Source: a virus (taxonomy: Duplodnaviria > Caudoviricetes). From it: DNA of 64,000 nucleotides. This document shows, in pieces, positions 7,864 through 18,220 of the stretch (position 1 is its first letter; each line of letters opens with the position of its first letter). A model generated the notes under the pieces. That model was not told the DNA's origin and did no database searches. It worked only from the letters and a program-made list of their open reading frames with translations. The stretch spans positions 1-64,000 of IMG/VR virus record IMGVR_UViG_2882674194_000007. One strand, written 5' to 3'. The translations under genes were made by a program, and so were the position numbers.

Positions 7864-9114
7864 TTATAAAATCGTAATGTACTTATTAGATACATATCCA
7901 ACAAGATTATCTTTTGTTTTTACCTGATACCATCCGTTAGCGGCACGACCAATAATTTGTACAGTATCATTAACTAGTAGAATACAAACAACATTATTGC
8001 TTTCAACATTTGGTGTATTACGCATATTCAATTTTGTACAATTAACAACTTTTCCAGTATAGCCAAAGGATGTTACATTAGTTGTAGGAATGGATGCAGG
8101 TTTAAAATTGTCAGGAACTTCAACAGTCCATAAATATTTAACCTGTTTTGCAAACAAATCCCATGTATTTTTAATTCGATTTGCTTTTGTTGACGCTGGA
8201 TCATTGATATATACATACCCATTTTCATATTTGTACAAAAGAATAAAATGCCCAGAACTAGTCCAGTTTCCCTTCCCCATGCAAGCAATCACCCAATTAC
8301 CTTTTCTTAAGGCATTTAATGCTTCCGTGTGAGCAGAAGAAGATGACTTGCCATATAGATTTGACTGGTTTAATCTTTTGCAAGTAATATCATATTGATT
8401 AAACTGTGGCACAAAATATGTATAATATGTTCCTTGATTTAAAGCCTTGTATCCATGTGCCATAGACCATTCTGCTGTAGTTATTGGAGTTACATTCCTA
8501 TCTTTTAATGTCGCAATAACCATAGCGGCGACTGTAACACCACACCCAGCACTGCCAATAGTTTTCTTTTCACCTTTTGCAGAATAATTATGATTTTTCC
8601 ATTTGAGGTCAGTTTGAAGATAACTAATAGGTTTGACAAATTTTACTGTACTAGAGGTAGATGGTGATACGAGAACAGTAGAAGATGATGCTGGTTTATC
8701 AAATAATTCTTTTTCAGCAGCACGTCTCTTTACTAGTCCTTGTAACACTTTACCTCCAGATTTGTTATATGCTGTAATTTTTGAACTAATTTCGGAAATA
8801 GTACGTTGTCCATTATTTAATAATGTTTTCAGATTCCCACTACCACAGTTGAAGGTAAAGCTGACAAGTGCATCAAACTGGTTCTGGTTCCAATTGTATT
8901 TAGTATAACTATTTACAGCTTTTTCTGCACTCGCACAGTCAGATTTTAGATAAGCGTCTGCTTGAGACTGAGTAATGGTTTGCCCCATTTTCACCCCGTT
9001 TGTGTGCCCGAATCCAATTGTTGGAATACCAATACTATCTTTATATGCTGTAAGTTTACAACCTTCAAACTTCTTAATTAGAGTAAGTCCATTATTACTG
9101 ATTGATAAACCCAT
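7864..9114 (-). CDS. Multidomain endolysin: GH24 lysozyme, C39-like peptidase, SH3b
   Basis: FEGC..AYKDS.GIPTIGFGH; GCG...GHF...INDP; LNMRNTP...GYVS. Confidence 0.9.
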   Translation of the reverse strand: MGLSISNNGLTLIKKFEGCKLTAYKDSIGIPTIGFGHTNGVKMGQTITQSQADAYLKSDCASAEKAVNSYTKYNWNQNQFDALVSFTFNCGSGNLKTLLNNGQRTISEISSKITAYNKSGGKVLQGLVKRRAAEKELFDKPASSSTVLVSPSTSSTVKFVKPISYLQTDLKWKNHNYSAKGEKKTIGSAGCGVTVAAMVIATLKDRNVTPITTAEWSMAHGYKALNQGTYYTYFVPQFNQYDITCKRLNQSNLYGKSSSSAHTEALNALRKGNWVIACMGKGNWTSSGHFILLYKYENGYVYINDPASTKANRIKNTWDLFAKQVKYLWTVEVPDNFKPASIPTTNVTSFGYTGKVVNCTKLNMRNTPNVESNNVVCILLVNDTVQIIGRAANGWYQVKTKDNLVGYVSNKYITIL

Positions 9115-9118
9115 GTTA

Positions 9119-9514
9119 TCACATCACTTCCTGTTTCTTATTTTCTTCTACAATATCTCTAAGAGTTACTAACGCTTCATCAATAGTATTATCAATCCAC
9201 TTAATCAGGCTTTCCTGATCAGTTACTTTTGATAAAATAGGATAATTTGCAAATAATTCATCAATAACCTGTGCTCGCTTAATTGAGCCAGCCTGTTTCC
9301 ATTCGTCATAATCTTGCTCTGCGTCACTGATTAATTTCAACATAGTTTCCTGAATCTGTTTCTTTGCGATAGCAATTTTCTCTTCATCAGATTTACTGAA
9401 ATATGTAATCGCCTTTTTAGTAATTGCAATTACAAGTCCAATGATTACAATAATAGTAGTCCAGTTTTCGTTTACTAATTCTAAGAAGTTTTTAATACCA
9501 TCTAAAATACTCAT
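9119..9514 (-). CDS. Holin-like protein
   Basis: N-terminal TM, AEQ..GSIKRAQV motif, adjacent to endolysin. Confidence 0.7.
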   Translation of the reverse strand: MSILDGIKNFLELVNENWTTIIVIIGLVIAITKKAITYFSKSDEEKIAIAKKQIQETMLKLISDAEQDYDEWKQAGSIKRAQVIDELFANYPILSKVTDQESLIKWIDNTIDEALVTLRDIVEENKKQEVM

Positions 9515-9525
9515 AATAATTCCTC

Positions 9526-9909
9526 CTAGCCGACCGCTTCAGGATCATTTATATTTTCCGTTACATTACTTTCGATTTGCTGGTACTTTGTATCAAATAT
9601 TTTTATTCCAGCAAGTCCTAATAATTCTGTTCCAAAGAACCCATACACACAAGTAGTCAAAGTAGGGCTTAACTCTGTCATTGTATATTTTTGCAATAAA
9701 ATAGCCGCAACTGTATAGGAGATAATTGCGACAATGGATAGTAACACGATCAGTTTATTAAATTTTAGTGTTAATCGAAACGGCAGAGACATTTTTATAA
9801 TTTCATATTTCAATCTACGCTCATTTCGTTTCTGTTTAGCAACCTTATATTTAACTGCTAATTCTTGCATTTTTTGCTCATGCGTTTTTAGTTTTCGTTT
9901 CAATTTCAT
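9526..9909 (-). CDS. Two-TM membrane protein (lysis module)
   Basis: Two hydrophobic helices. Confidence 0.65.
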   Translation of the reverse strand: MKLKRKLKTHEQKMQELAVKYKVAKQKRNERRLKYEIIKMSLPFRLTLKFNKLIVLLSIVAIISYTVAAILLQKYTMTELSPTLTTCVYGFFGTELLGLAGIKIFDTKYQQIESNVTENINDPEAVG

Positions 9910-9936
9910 TTAAAATCACCACTTGAAATTGTTGTT

Positions 9937-11061
9937 CTATTGTGTGTTAAAATTTCTGAGACTTTCAACACATTGTTTCAATGTTCTGCATACATATTGT
10001 AATTCTTCTTGTGTTTCTTCTCCACTGAATGTCATTCTGATACAACTGTGAATATCTTTATTATCCATACCAATAGTAGATAGAGTAGTAGAGGGAGTAA
10101 GCGAATTACTGTTGCAGGCAGAACCTGTGCTTACTTGGACTCCGTTCATATCAAGAAGAATCATTAAACTTTCACCCTCGACACCTTTAAAACACATGTA
10201 TAGATTGTGTGGCAATCTATTTTCATTGTTTTCAGAACCTATTATGTAAGTGTCCGTAATATTTTTTTTAATATAATGCCATGCATAATCTCTTGCATAA
10301 GAACTAATTTCTTTATAATTTACCAATTCCACAGCTTTACCAATTGAAGCTATCCCTAATATGTTCTCTGTACCTGAAAATAAACCATTTTCTTGACTAC
10401 CATAAACTAAAGGTTCAAGTTCTATATTTTTCTTCTTATATAAAACTCCACAACCTTTTAGCGCATGAATCTTATGTCCACTAAAGCCAAGCATATCAAC
10501 ATCTAACTTTTTCACATCAATCGGAATCGTTGGTATACTGCCAGTACAATCCAAATAGACAATACCATTATATAAATGTGTAATTTTAATAATCTGTTCT
10601 ATATTTTGAATGGTTCCAATTTCAGAATTGGCATGATCTATTACAACGAATGGAGTATCAATACAGACATCCAAATACTGTTCTAAATCATGTATGTCAA
10701 TAATACCTTCTTTATTTACTTTTAACGGAATACTATTATGGTAAGATTCCACACATTTCAAAATGGATTTATGTGCAATGGGAGAATAGAAGAGAGTACA
10801 ATCGTTCTTCTGGAAATACCCTTTAACTGCTAACGTATTGCTTGCTGATCCGCCACTTGTAAAATAAATATCATCTGAATTTGCATTAATAAATTTTGCT
10901 ACTGACTGTCGTGCGTTTGATATAATTTGTTTAGGCTTCTCTGATAAACTATATAAAGAACTAGGATTTCCGAAATCGTCTAATATAGATATTAAATATT
11001 CTTTTACTGAATCTGTTAATTTAGTAGTAGCCGCATTATCTAAATAGATATTTTTTCCCAC
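9937..11061 (-). CDS. iscS: Cysteine desulfurase (IscS/NifS family, PLP-dependent)
   Basis: YLDNAATT, GNPSS, SGHK (PLP Lys), STGSAC (catalytic Cys). Confidence 0.92.
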   Translation of the reverse strand: MGKNIYLDNAATTKLTDSVKEYLISILDDFGNPSSLYSLSEKPKQIISNARQSVAKFINANSDDIYFTSGGSASNTLAVKGYFQKNDCTLFYSPIAHKSILKCVESYHNSIPLKVNKEGIIDIHDLEQYLDVCIDTPFVVIDHANSEIGTIQNIEQIIKITHLYNGIVYLDCTGSIPTIPIDVKKLDVDMLGFSGHKIHALKGCGVLYKKKNIELEPLVYGSQENGLFSGTENILGIASIGKAVELVNYKEISSYARDYAWHYIKKNITDTYIIGSENNENRLPHNLYMCFKGVEGESLMILLDMNGVQVSTGSACNSNSLTPSTTLSTIGMDNKDIHSCIRMTFSGEETQEELQYVCRTLKQCVESLRNFNTQ

Positions 11062-11073
11062 TTTATCACCAGC

Positions 11074-11301
11074 CTAACATTTGTAATCAGATTTTTGATT
11101 GTTCCAACGTCCAATATATTTTTTGTGATCATCTTTAGTAAATGCAAAAGCCCAACGCTTTGTATCAGGAGATACAGTCATATCTACTGGCTTACAGTTC
11201 CATAAATAATACTGTGCTGCTTGAAGTGCGTTGCCATACCATATTACATCTTCAAGTTCATATTCCTTTCCTGTTAATTCACTTATAGTTTTAATTTCTA
11301 T
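11074..11301 (-). CDS. Unannotated 75-aa protein with probable AUA start (DUF5659-like)
   Basis: AAAGGTAGG RBS then ATA; open frame IEIKTISELTGKEYE...WAFAFTK...RW; in-frame TGA upstream excludes an ATG start. Confidence 0.7.
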   Translation of the reverse strand: MEIKTISELTGKEYELEDVIWYGNALQAAQYYLWNCKPVDMTVSPDTKRWAFAFTKDDHKKYIGRWNNQKSDYKC

Positions 11302-11420
11302 ATATCCTACCTTTCATAAAAATCGTAAAAAATAGGGTGAGAATACTATCTATGATTATGAACAGTATCTCACCCTATAATATTGGATTGATATTTCAAA
11401 ATACTATTCATAATTATTCT

Positions 11421-11813
11421 TTATTCCTCTGATTTTTCAATTTCTTCAGACAAGGATTCATTTTCCATTTTACTTTCTACCTGTACAGGTTTACGCCCAC
11501 GTTGCTTATTAGTGAGTTTTACAGGTTTATCAACAGTGTTTATCATATAAATATCTGATAAGACACTCTTAGCATTATCCTTATATGATTCTTTATCAGA
11601 TAAATCTAAACCAGACAATAATTCCTGCGCTTTTTCTCTGCTAATTACCTTGTTTTTATAATCTCTAAGAACCATAAAAACTTTATAATGTCCAACCGTA
11701 TCTGTTAAAGATCTCCAAGGAGTAATAGTTTTTTCTTTACTACATGAATCGCAAGCATGGTAGCCAATACCGCATAAGGCGCACCAATGGTTTATTTTCT
11801 TATTATGTTCCAT
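11421..11813 (-). CDS. Hypothetical protein with Cys/His cluster
   Basis: CALCG.GYHACDSC; AAGGAG RBS. Confidence 0.75.
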   Translation of the reverse strand: MEHNKKINHWCALCGIGYHACDSCSKEKTITPWRSLTDTVGHYKVFMVLRDYKNKVISREKAQELLSGLDLSDKESYKDNAKSVLSDIYMINTVDKPVKLTNKQRGRKPVQVESKMENESLSEEIEKSEE

Positions 11814-11868
11814 GTAAATACTCCTTCTTTTAATTAGGGCGATACAATACCGCCCTATACAAAGTACA

Positions 11869-12633
11869 TTATTCTGCTACGATGACACTAAACAGGTCTA
11901 CGTCTTCGTCACAATAATCCTTCATGAAGTCAATATCAAAACTATGCTTACCAGTACCAGTAAGTGCTGTTTCAATGGAAGAAGGATCAATCTTACCCTT
12001 TGCGGCTTTAATGACACCTGCATACTTAATATTCTCGTTACACATGTCCTTAAAGATAGCGAAAATCTTAACACCAACAGCTTCAGGAAACTTATCGGTA
12101 CTATTGGAAACGCGAACAGCAGAAGTAGACTCATATTCGTATTCCACATAAATACGTCCAGTTGCACCAGTAGGAACAGTAATTTCCTTACCGTTAATCT
12201 CAAAATCAGTAGCACTAGCGGCTGTACCAACAGTAAATTTCTTGGCAAGCTGACCATTCTCAAGCTGATAGATATACTTGATTTCGCCAAGTGGATCATG
12301 TCCAAGAGTAACTTTACCATCGGCAACAGTAAGAATTTCCTCTACAGGAACAACAATTTTGTTTGTATCATCAGCAATTTCCTTATCAGCACCATACTGT
12401 AAAGCAAGCAAATCCATGCTAAACAAAGAGTTGGTTGCACTAAATTTACCAGTTTTTGCTCTGAAAATCTTACTAATCAATGCGCCCTGTGCGTCTGTAA
12501 TCTCTTCGCCTTCTGCGGCAGTCTGTAAACTAGGGTCTTCCAGTTTTGTCAAACGACCAATTACGGAACCATCAGAAAGGTCAGTAAAAATAAGACTACG
12601 AACCTTATCAAGAATCAGTTCATTTACATTCAT
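11869..12633 (-). CDS. Putative major tail (tube) protein
   Basis: Acidic, beta-rich, position after neck genes, followed by a terminator. Confidence 0.6.
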   Translation of the reverse strand: MNVNELILDKVRSLIFTDLSDGSVIGRLTKLEDPSLQTAAEGEEITDAQGALISKIFRAKTGKFSATNSLFSMDLLALQYGADKEIADDTNKIVVPVEEILTVADGKVTLGHDPLGEIKYIYQLENGQLAKKFTVGTAASATDFEINGKEITVPTGATGRIYVEYEYESTSAVRVSNSTDKFPEAVGVKIFAIFKDMCNENIKYAGVIKAAKGKIDPSSIETALTGTGKHSFDIDFMKDYCDEDVDLFSVIVAE

Positions 12634-12690
12634 TATGTAATTCCTCCGTTCATTTTTTTGAATTTTTATATATAAAAAAAGAACTTGAAA

Positions 12691-13449
12691 CTAATCAAGT
12701 TCTCCCATATAATTGAGTGCGTTTTTATCAATTTTCTTTAAATCTACGCCAAATCCAGAATATCCACTTTGTAATAACAATTCTGCATTTTTTATCTTGT
12801 TCACACGAGCAACACTGTCCATAAAAGCTCTCATTCGCATATCAAATACGGTCGTATCATCTCGCTTAAACCCTTCTGAATTTACCATAGTTGATATTAA
12901 TGGCATTAGATATGATTTAATCGGTTTATCTTTGTTTTCTTCGTGTTCTTCTCGCGCATCTTCGATTAATGCTTGACGAGTCAATTCATTACCAGGCATT
13001 TCATCATTTCGCTTCATCTTATGTATCTTACGCAATATATTTACGATAGAAGAGTATATAAATCTGTCTATAATAATTTGCTTTTCTGAATTTACAAATT
13101 GTACAAGAATATGATCCTGAATATCTTCTTTATACTGAATTTTCATTTGTGAAAAATCTAAAACATCACCAAATAATATTTTTGTATCTTCTTTTGTATA
13201 TCGCCTACATAAAATAGAACAAAACAATTCATAGTCAGATACTTTGGTGTAGTCTTGACCAATATCATCAAGTTGCCATTTTAAATCTGCTCCAACAGAA
13301 CACAAAGTATGAACCATGCCAAAATATTTCTTTTCGCCATAATCCCTAATTTCACCCAAAGTTGGCTGTCTGATAGATATATCATCATTTACTTTATAAC
13401 TGTTACCACCATATATCTGAAGCTCATCAAACTCATTTAGAATTTCCAT
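12691..13449 (-). CDS. Phage structural-module protein
   Basis: Long ORF in morphogenesis operon. Confidence 0.65.
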   Translation of the reverse strand: MEILNEFDELQIYGGNSYKVNDDISIRQPTLGEIRDYGEKKYFGMVHTLCSVGADLKWQLDDIGQDYTKVSDYELFCSILCRRYTKEDTKILFGDVLDFSQMKIQYKEDIQDHILVQFVNSEKQIIIDRFIYSSIVNILRKIHKMKRNDEMPGNELTRQALIEDAREEHEENKDKPIKSYLMPLISTMVNSEGFKRDDTTVFDMRMRAFMDSVARVNKIKNAELLLQSGYSGFGVDLKKIDKNALNYMGELD

Positions 13450-13463
13450 ATCGTATCACCTGC

Positions 13464-13973
13464 CTATTCATACTCACAAAAAGATTTGTTTAAATCAACA
13501 GTCTCAAATAGCATGTGACGATATAGAAAATCTTTATTGTATGCGCCTTCTTCGTTTAGTGACAATTTTAATTCACCAATACCACCATATTCAGCTGAGC
13601 CATTAAACATATTGTCAATAAGCATGGAGATATAATCGCAACGATTATCTTTAGTGATTTCTCTATCCATCTGCATATGCTTGAAATGTGAATAAATATA
13701 GAATTCAAGTCTTGGTATAACAAAAGTTTTATTTCTATCGTACCTACTGTCAAATACTTTTGTATGTACCATAATAGTCATATAGGTTGAAACTGTCTCA
13801 ACAGTATCGGGGATTTTATTGTATGTTAAAATGTGTGTCCCTATTAAATCTCCACCATTTTCATATTTATCCTTATCAGCACCGAAAGCATAAAAAATTG
13901 TGTCATCATGCGTGATCGCATCTACTACATTTTTTTTGAAGTCTGAAATACTTGTACTGTTCGCCATATGCAA
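13464..13973 (-). CDS. Putative tail completion/neck protein
   Basis: Position and size. Confidence 0.5.
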   Translation of the reverse strand: MHMANSTSISDFKKNVVDAITHDDTIFYAFGADKDKYENGGDLIGTHILTYNKIPDTVETVSTYMTIMVHTKVFDSRYDRNKTFVIPRLEFYIYSHFKHMQMDREITKDNRCDYISMLIDNMFNGSAEYGGIGELKLSLNEEGAYNKDFLYRHMLFETVDLNKSFCEYE

Positions 13974-13982
13974 TCACCTCCA

Positions 13983-15020
13983 TCACTCAACAATATTTAC
14001 TTTTATCTCAGATAAGACAGCCCCACCAATGATAATTTGTACAAAAAAAGAACCTCCAATAAGGTTCTCATCATTAACAGAAACAGTTATTTTATTATCT
14101 GTAATAGTTTGTTTGACATCAAAATCTGATTTTACATTCCACTGATAATCTACATCCTGCCAGTCAACAGTATTTTCGTCATTATCTGAAAAAGTTACAG
14201 TAAATTTACGATAATATCCATTTTTCAGATTTGTATTCCCAGAAATCACGCACCTTAAATCTGTCGTTTCATTGGGTTCTGATGGGGTGGGTGGGAGAGG
14301 AGTGGTATTTTTATTATAATCACATATCCTCAATTCCTGATTATCGTCATTTGGATTGAATTCTGTTTTATCAGCTATGAAACTTAACAAGGAACCCATA
14401 TTACCAGAATTATACAGAACATCGTCACTACGAGTAATTTTGAACACCTTAGTAGGCTTAGTTGGCTTCATATCAATGAATACTCGTTTGCCTTCCAGTT
14501 CAAAACCTTCTTCACAATATCCAATAAGGATAGTATAGTTGTTAGAACTCAGCACAAGCGTACTATTACCTGTCTCTCCAACATCATACTTGGATGCAGA
14601 AACTATATTAGAATAACGCTCTATAATTTCCCCATTTGCAAGCTGCCATTTTAGAAGATAATTGCACTGAATCATTTTCCCTTCATAATGCACATCATTG
14701 ACATTGAAAGAATTATATATAAGCCAGTATGTATCATCTTTCGTATCGTGCATATACTCACCAATCTTAATAGGATTGTCATATGTGGTTAGAAAATTCT
14801 GATAGTTTCCATTTAGCGAACTATATTTCCGTTTATATATTCTGACTTTTGCAGGTCTGTCATCACATCCCAACACTGGATTCCAGAAATACATAGTAGG
14901 AGAGTAAGACGAATCATGTTCTAACTCTTCTTTTAATAGATTCTGTCCATCAATTATCATTTCCTCTCGTGCCGTAGAACCACTATGTTTGATTCGCTCT
15001 TTCATAAGTTGAAGGCTCAT
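13983..15020 (-). CDS. Putative head-tail joining protein with C-terminal Ig-like domain
   Basis: CNY.LKW motif, Pro-rich linker, beta-rich C-terminus. Confidence 0.55.
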   Translation of the reverse strand: MSLQLMKERIKHSGSTAREEMIIDGQNLLKEELEHDSSYSPTMYFWNPVLGCDDRPAKVRIYKRKYSSLNGNYQNFLTTYDNPIKIGEYMHDTKDDTYWLIYNSFNVNDVHYEGKMIQCNYLLKWQLANGEIIERYSNIVSASKYDVGETGNSTLVLSSNNYTILIGYCEEGFELEGKRVFIDMKPTKPTKVFKITRSDDVLYNSGNMGSLLSFIADKTEFNPNDDNQELRICDYNKNTTPLPPTPSEPNETTDLRCVISGNTNLKNGYYRKFTVTFSDNDENTVDWQDVDYQWNVKSDFDVKQTITDNKITVSVNDENLIGGSFFVQIIIGGAVLSEIKVNIVE

Positions 15021-15023
15021 ACA

Positions 15024-15485
15024 TTACACCTTCTTCCTATTTGTAACTAAGTCAAACAACTTGGAATTTCTGTATGATTTATTGATTGCAAGTTGATCAT
15101 TCTCTTTCATAAGTTCAGAACGTAATTCTTTTGCTTTTGTAAGCATATCTTTGTTATCAATCTTATGAAAATCAGCAGTAGACATACGAGCCTTTAATGC
15201 TTCCCTTGTCAAAATAAATTCACTTGTAAGCCATTCTATCGTCATATAGTTACACAACAGAATAAATGTATCATCTGTCAATCGAAAATTAAATTGTCCA
15301 AGTTCATCGTCTCTTTGTGATAGATCCTGTTTGCATGACTGAAATTTAACGATGGCTGGTCTGATATAGCCAATAACAATGTCATAAGCCATTTCTTCTG
15401 ATATATCACAAAAAGAACGATCTTTTATACTGCGGAAAACAGCATCGGCAAGTTCTTTGTATGTAGTATTAGCCATATCCATCAC
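15024..15485 (-). CDS. Putative head-tail adaptor
   Basis: Position after head genes. Confidence 0.5.
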   Translation of the reverse strand: MMDMANTTYKELADAVFRSIKDRSFCDISEEMAYDIVIGYIRPAIVKFQSCKQDLSQRDDELGQFNFRLTDDTFILLCNYMTIEWLTSEFILTREALKARMSTADFHKIDNKDMLTKAKELRSELMKENDQLAINKSYRNSKLFDLVTNRKKV

Positions 15486-15496
15486 CTGCCTTTATA

Positions 15497-16264
15497 TTAT
15501 TCACTTAAAATATCAAAATGTAATTTATCCTGTAACAGTCGAAGTACATTGACATCAACTAATTTTCTTGTCTTATACATCTGTCTTACCTTGCTAATAA
15601 GAATATCTCGCATATTTACACGCAAAGCATCATCTACGACCTTGCTAATTGTAGCCAAATCAGAATTAAAAACTGATTTAAGATTGTTTAGCTTTGCAAC
15701 ATTCTCATATACAGGAGTAAGCCTGAATTTTTTAACAGCACGTTCGTCCATAAGAATAACCAATGGTTTATTAAGGAAATCGCTACTGTAATTATTCATT
15801 TCATTCAGTTCTGCAACCGTCATGTATTGAATTTCACCAATCTGTTTCCATCTGATTACAGCGTTTGTTGTCCTAGATTTATATGTAAGACCGCCAAATG
15901 TAATAGATTTAACTGGAATAGAAGTATCAAGGTCTAATTTATCTTCGTAATCGTCTTTATCGTCAGCGGATTCATCTAAATCGTCAATGGTTTCAGAAAT
16001 AGCATCCAACAAAGACACTGGTTTAGTATCTTCCGATACTTCATCCTGTGATTTTTCTACATCTTTTGGTACATTGTTCTGTTCTACAGTCTGCGTCATA
16101 TCTACGTTTTCTGCTAAATCATCGTCTTCAGCAGAAACAGCAGTATATGCGTCATTTTCTTTCAATTTTGCAATCAATTTATCTTTGCCAATATTACCTA
16201 CTTTAAGACCTCTTGACTTTGCTAATTCTTTTAATTCGTCAAGTTCCATTTTTGTATAATCCAT
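15497..16264 (-). CDS. Head-module protein with N-terminal Rho-N/SAP-like helix-extension-helix
   Basis: ELKELAKSRGLK...KDKLI. Confidence 0.6.
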   Translation of the reverse strand: MDYTKMELDELKELAKSRGLKVGNIGKDKLIAKLKENDAYTAVSAEDDDLAENVDMTQTVEQNNVPKDVEKSQDEVSEDTKPVSLLDAISETIDDLDESADDKDDYEDKLDLDTSIPVKSITFGGLTYKSRTTNAVIRWKQIGEIQYMTVAELNEMNNYSSDFLNKPLVILMDERAVKKFRLTPVYENVAKLNNLKSVFNSDLATISKVVDDALRVNMRDILISKVRQMYKTRKLVDVNVLRLLQDKLHFDILSE

Positions 16265-16266
16265 GT

Positions 16267-16476
16267 TTATAATTCCTCCATCTTTGATTTTTCTTTTAAC
16301 TCATTCCAAGTGTTAATTGTCTTATTTAATTCTTCTGATTTCTCAAAAGTGAAATAAGTCAAATTATTAGTCTTGTTTTTAGACTTTTTAATGTAATTAA
16401 AACCTTGTGATTTTAAGAAATGATATAAGTTAAAAGAGTAGCAATGGAAAAATGAATTTTTCTGTTCTTTTTCCAT
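16267..16476 (-). CDS. Small DUF5659-like protein
   Basis: FHCYS..L..FL...GF.Y...YF.FEKSEEL...W. Confidence 0.65.
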   Translation of the reverse strand: MEKEQKNSFFHCYSFNLYHFLKSQGFNYIKKSKNKTNNLTYFTFEKSEELNKTINTWNELKEKSKMEEL

Positions 16477-16566
16477 ATATTTACCTCATTGATTTATTTT
16501 CAGCACCAATTTAGGCATAAAAATAACACCTTAGTCGGTGCTGAATAAAATTTATATATCTACTAA

Positions 16567-17583
16567 TTAAGATACGGCATATTTGCCCATAAGATTGCTA
16601 AACACAATGCCGGTTCCTAATTTTGTCTGCACCTGACTGTCGTAGGTCTGATCGTTCGTATCCTGTGCCGTAAGGTCTCTTGCCCTTGTATCACCCTCGA
16701 AGTACATCTTAATAGGTTTCTCTGCATCAGGCAGAACATAGATAGACTTATTATCTACTTTGAAATCATAAGTACCACGAACAAATGTCTGAGGAATCAT
16801 GATTGCACTTACACCAAGACCAGTCAAATTCAGAATACAACCATTAGTTGCAAATTCTTCTTTCTGAGAATTGGAAATAAGTTTTGTGTCCATACCTTCT
16901 GCAATCTGCGCAAGAGCAGTACGAGTACCAGCAAGAACTACATTTTTCTGAGAAGCAACCTGTACCTTCTCAATCAGATTTGCCATAGTAGTTCTATCAT
17001 AAGAACCAGACTCCTGAAATGCGGAAGGAAGATATGTACCAGCACCATTGAAAGCAGTATAGATACGTGCATCAATTTCATTTTGGAAACCTTTCTGCAA
17101 CTTAGCAAGCATTTCAGGAAGAGTAACAGTACCCTTCAGGAATCTCTCTAATTCATCATAAATATGAATGTAAATCCATTCCGTAGATACACCAAAACTC
17201 TTTTTGCCCTGTAACTTCGTTCTGTCAGTAGACCAGTAATTACCAGCAAATTTTGTTGCAACAAGAACGGAATTGTCCTCAACTACAAACTCATTCTTAT
17301 CGCCTAATGCACCGTTCTTCACTTCTACGAACTGCTCATAGAAAGGAGAACCTTCCCATGCAAGAGGCAGATTGGTTGTAAGTACATTTTCCATGACAGT
17401 AAAGATTTCATTCTTATGGTTTCTCCAACCCTGCCAAGTAAGTTTATCTTCACCAAGAATATCAAAGAACGCCTCTCTTATAGCCTGATCCGTAAACTTT
17501 TCTGCACCTTCTGCAAACAGACCAACTCTGCCAGTAAGAGAATCATTCATCAAATTTGTTAATTCAACAAGATAGTTTCCCAT
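16567..17583 (-). CDS. Major capsid protein (YonB-like)
   Basis: Size, high-expression codon use, position after scaffold/decoration genes, strong RBS. Confidence 0.75.
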   Translation of the reverse strand: MGNYLVELTNLMNDSLTGRVGLFAEGAEKFTDQAIREAFFDILGEDKLTWQGWRNHKNEIFTVMENVLTTNLPLAWEGSPFYEQFVEVKNGALGDKNEFVVEDNSVLVATKFAGNYWSTDRTKLQGKKSFGVSTEWIYIHIYDELERFLKGTVTLPEMLAKLQKGFQNEIDARIYTAFNGAGTYLPSAFQESGSYDRTTMANLIEKVQVASQKNVVLAGTRTALAQIAEGMDTKLISNSQKEEFATNGCILNLTGLGVSAIMIPQTFVRGTYDFKVDNKSIYVLPDAEKPIKMYFEGDTRARDLTAQDTNDQTYDSQVQTKLGTGIVFSNLMGKYAVS

Positions 17584-17602
17584 ATTTTATATACCTCCCT
17601 AA

Positions 17603-18205
17603 TTAGACATTCTTAATAACTTCAATAGTTACTTTGGTTACTCTTGTATCAGCGGAATATCCCATACCAACAGCGGAATCACCAGAACCGATAACAACAT
17701 TTTGACCAATAGAACCAATGCAGTAAGGGAATCCAATTTCCTCAACGGCAATTACCTTACCAACAAAACCAGAAGTAGGCTTTGTAGCAACTGCTTTAGG
17801 CTTATTTGTAGAGCCATCAACAGTGATATACTGACCAACTGCTACAGGTACATCTTTTGTTTCGCTTTCTTTTGTTTCAGTAATGGGTGTAATACCAGTG
17901 CTATAAGTCTTGAACTTATTATCTTTCTTTAACTGATAAACTCTAAAAGGCACACCAGCCTTGTTAATATAATTCTCTTCATTCTGATCGGTTGCTCGAT
18001 TGTTGTCATAAGACCATGCAGGATTTGCCACAAGATATACTTCATCAGAAGTAGTAGGAACAGAAGCAGTATAAATATCTGTTTCACCAGTTACTAAATC
18101 ACCCTTTGCAACTAACATTCCATTTTCAATATCAGAAGTTGCCTGAAAAGACAGACACTTTGCGCCCCACATATTTGTGGTTTCGACTACATTATAATTT
18201 GCCAT
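17603..18205 (-). CDS. Head decoration/structural protein (YonC-like)
   Basis: IENG motif, position before capsid gene. Confidence 0.6.
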   Translation of the reverse strand: MANYNVVETTNMWGAKCLSFQATSDIENGMLVAKGDLVTGETDIYTASVPTTSDEVYLVANPAWSYDNNRATDQNEENYINKAGVPFRVYQLKKDNKFKTYSTGITPITETKESETKDVPVAVGQYITVDGSTNKPKAVATKPTSGFVGKVIAVEEIGFPYCIGSIGQNVVIGSGDSAVGMGYSADTRVTKVTIEVIKNV

Positions 18206-18220
18206 ATTTAAAAACCCTCC

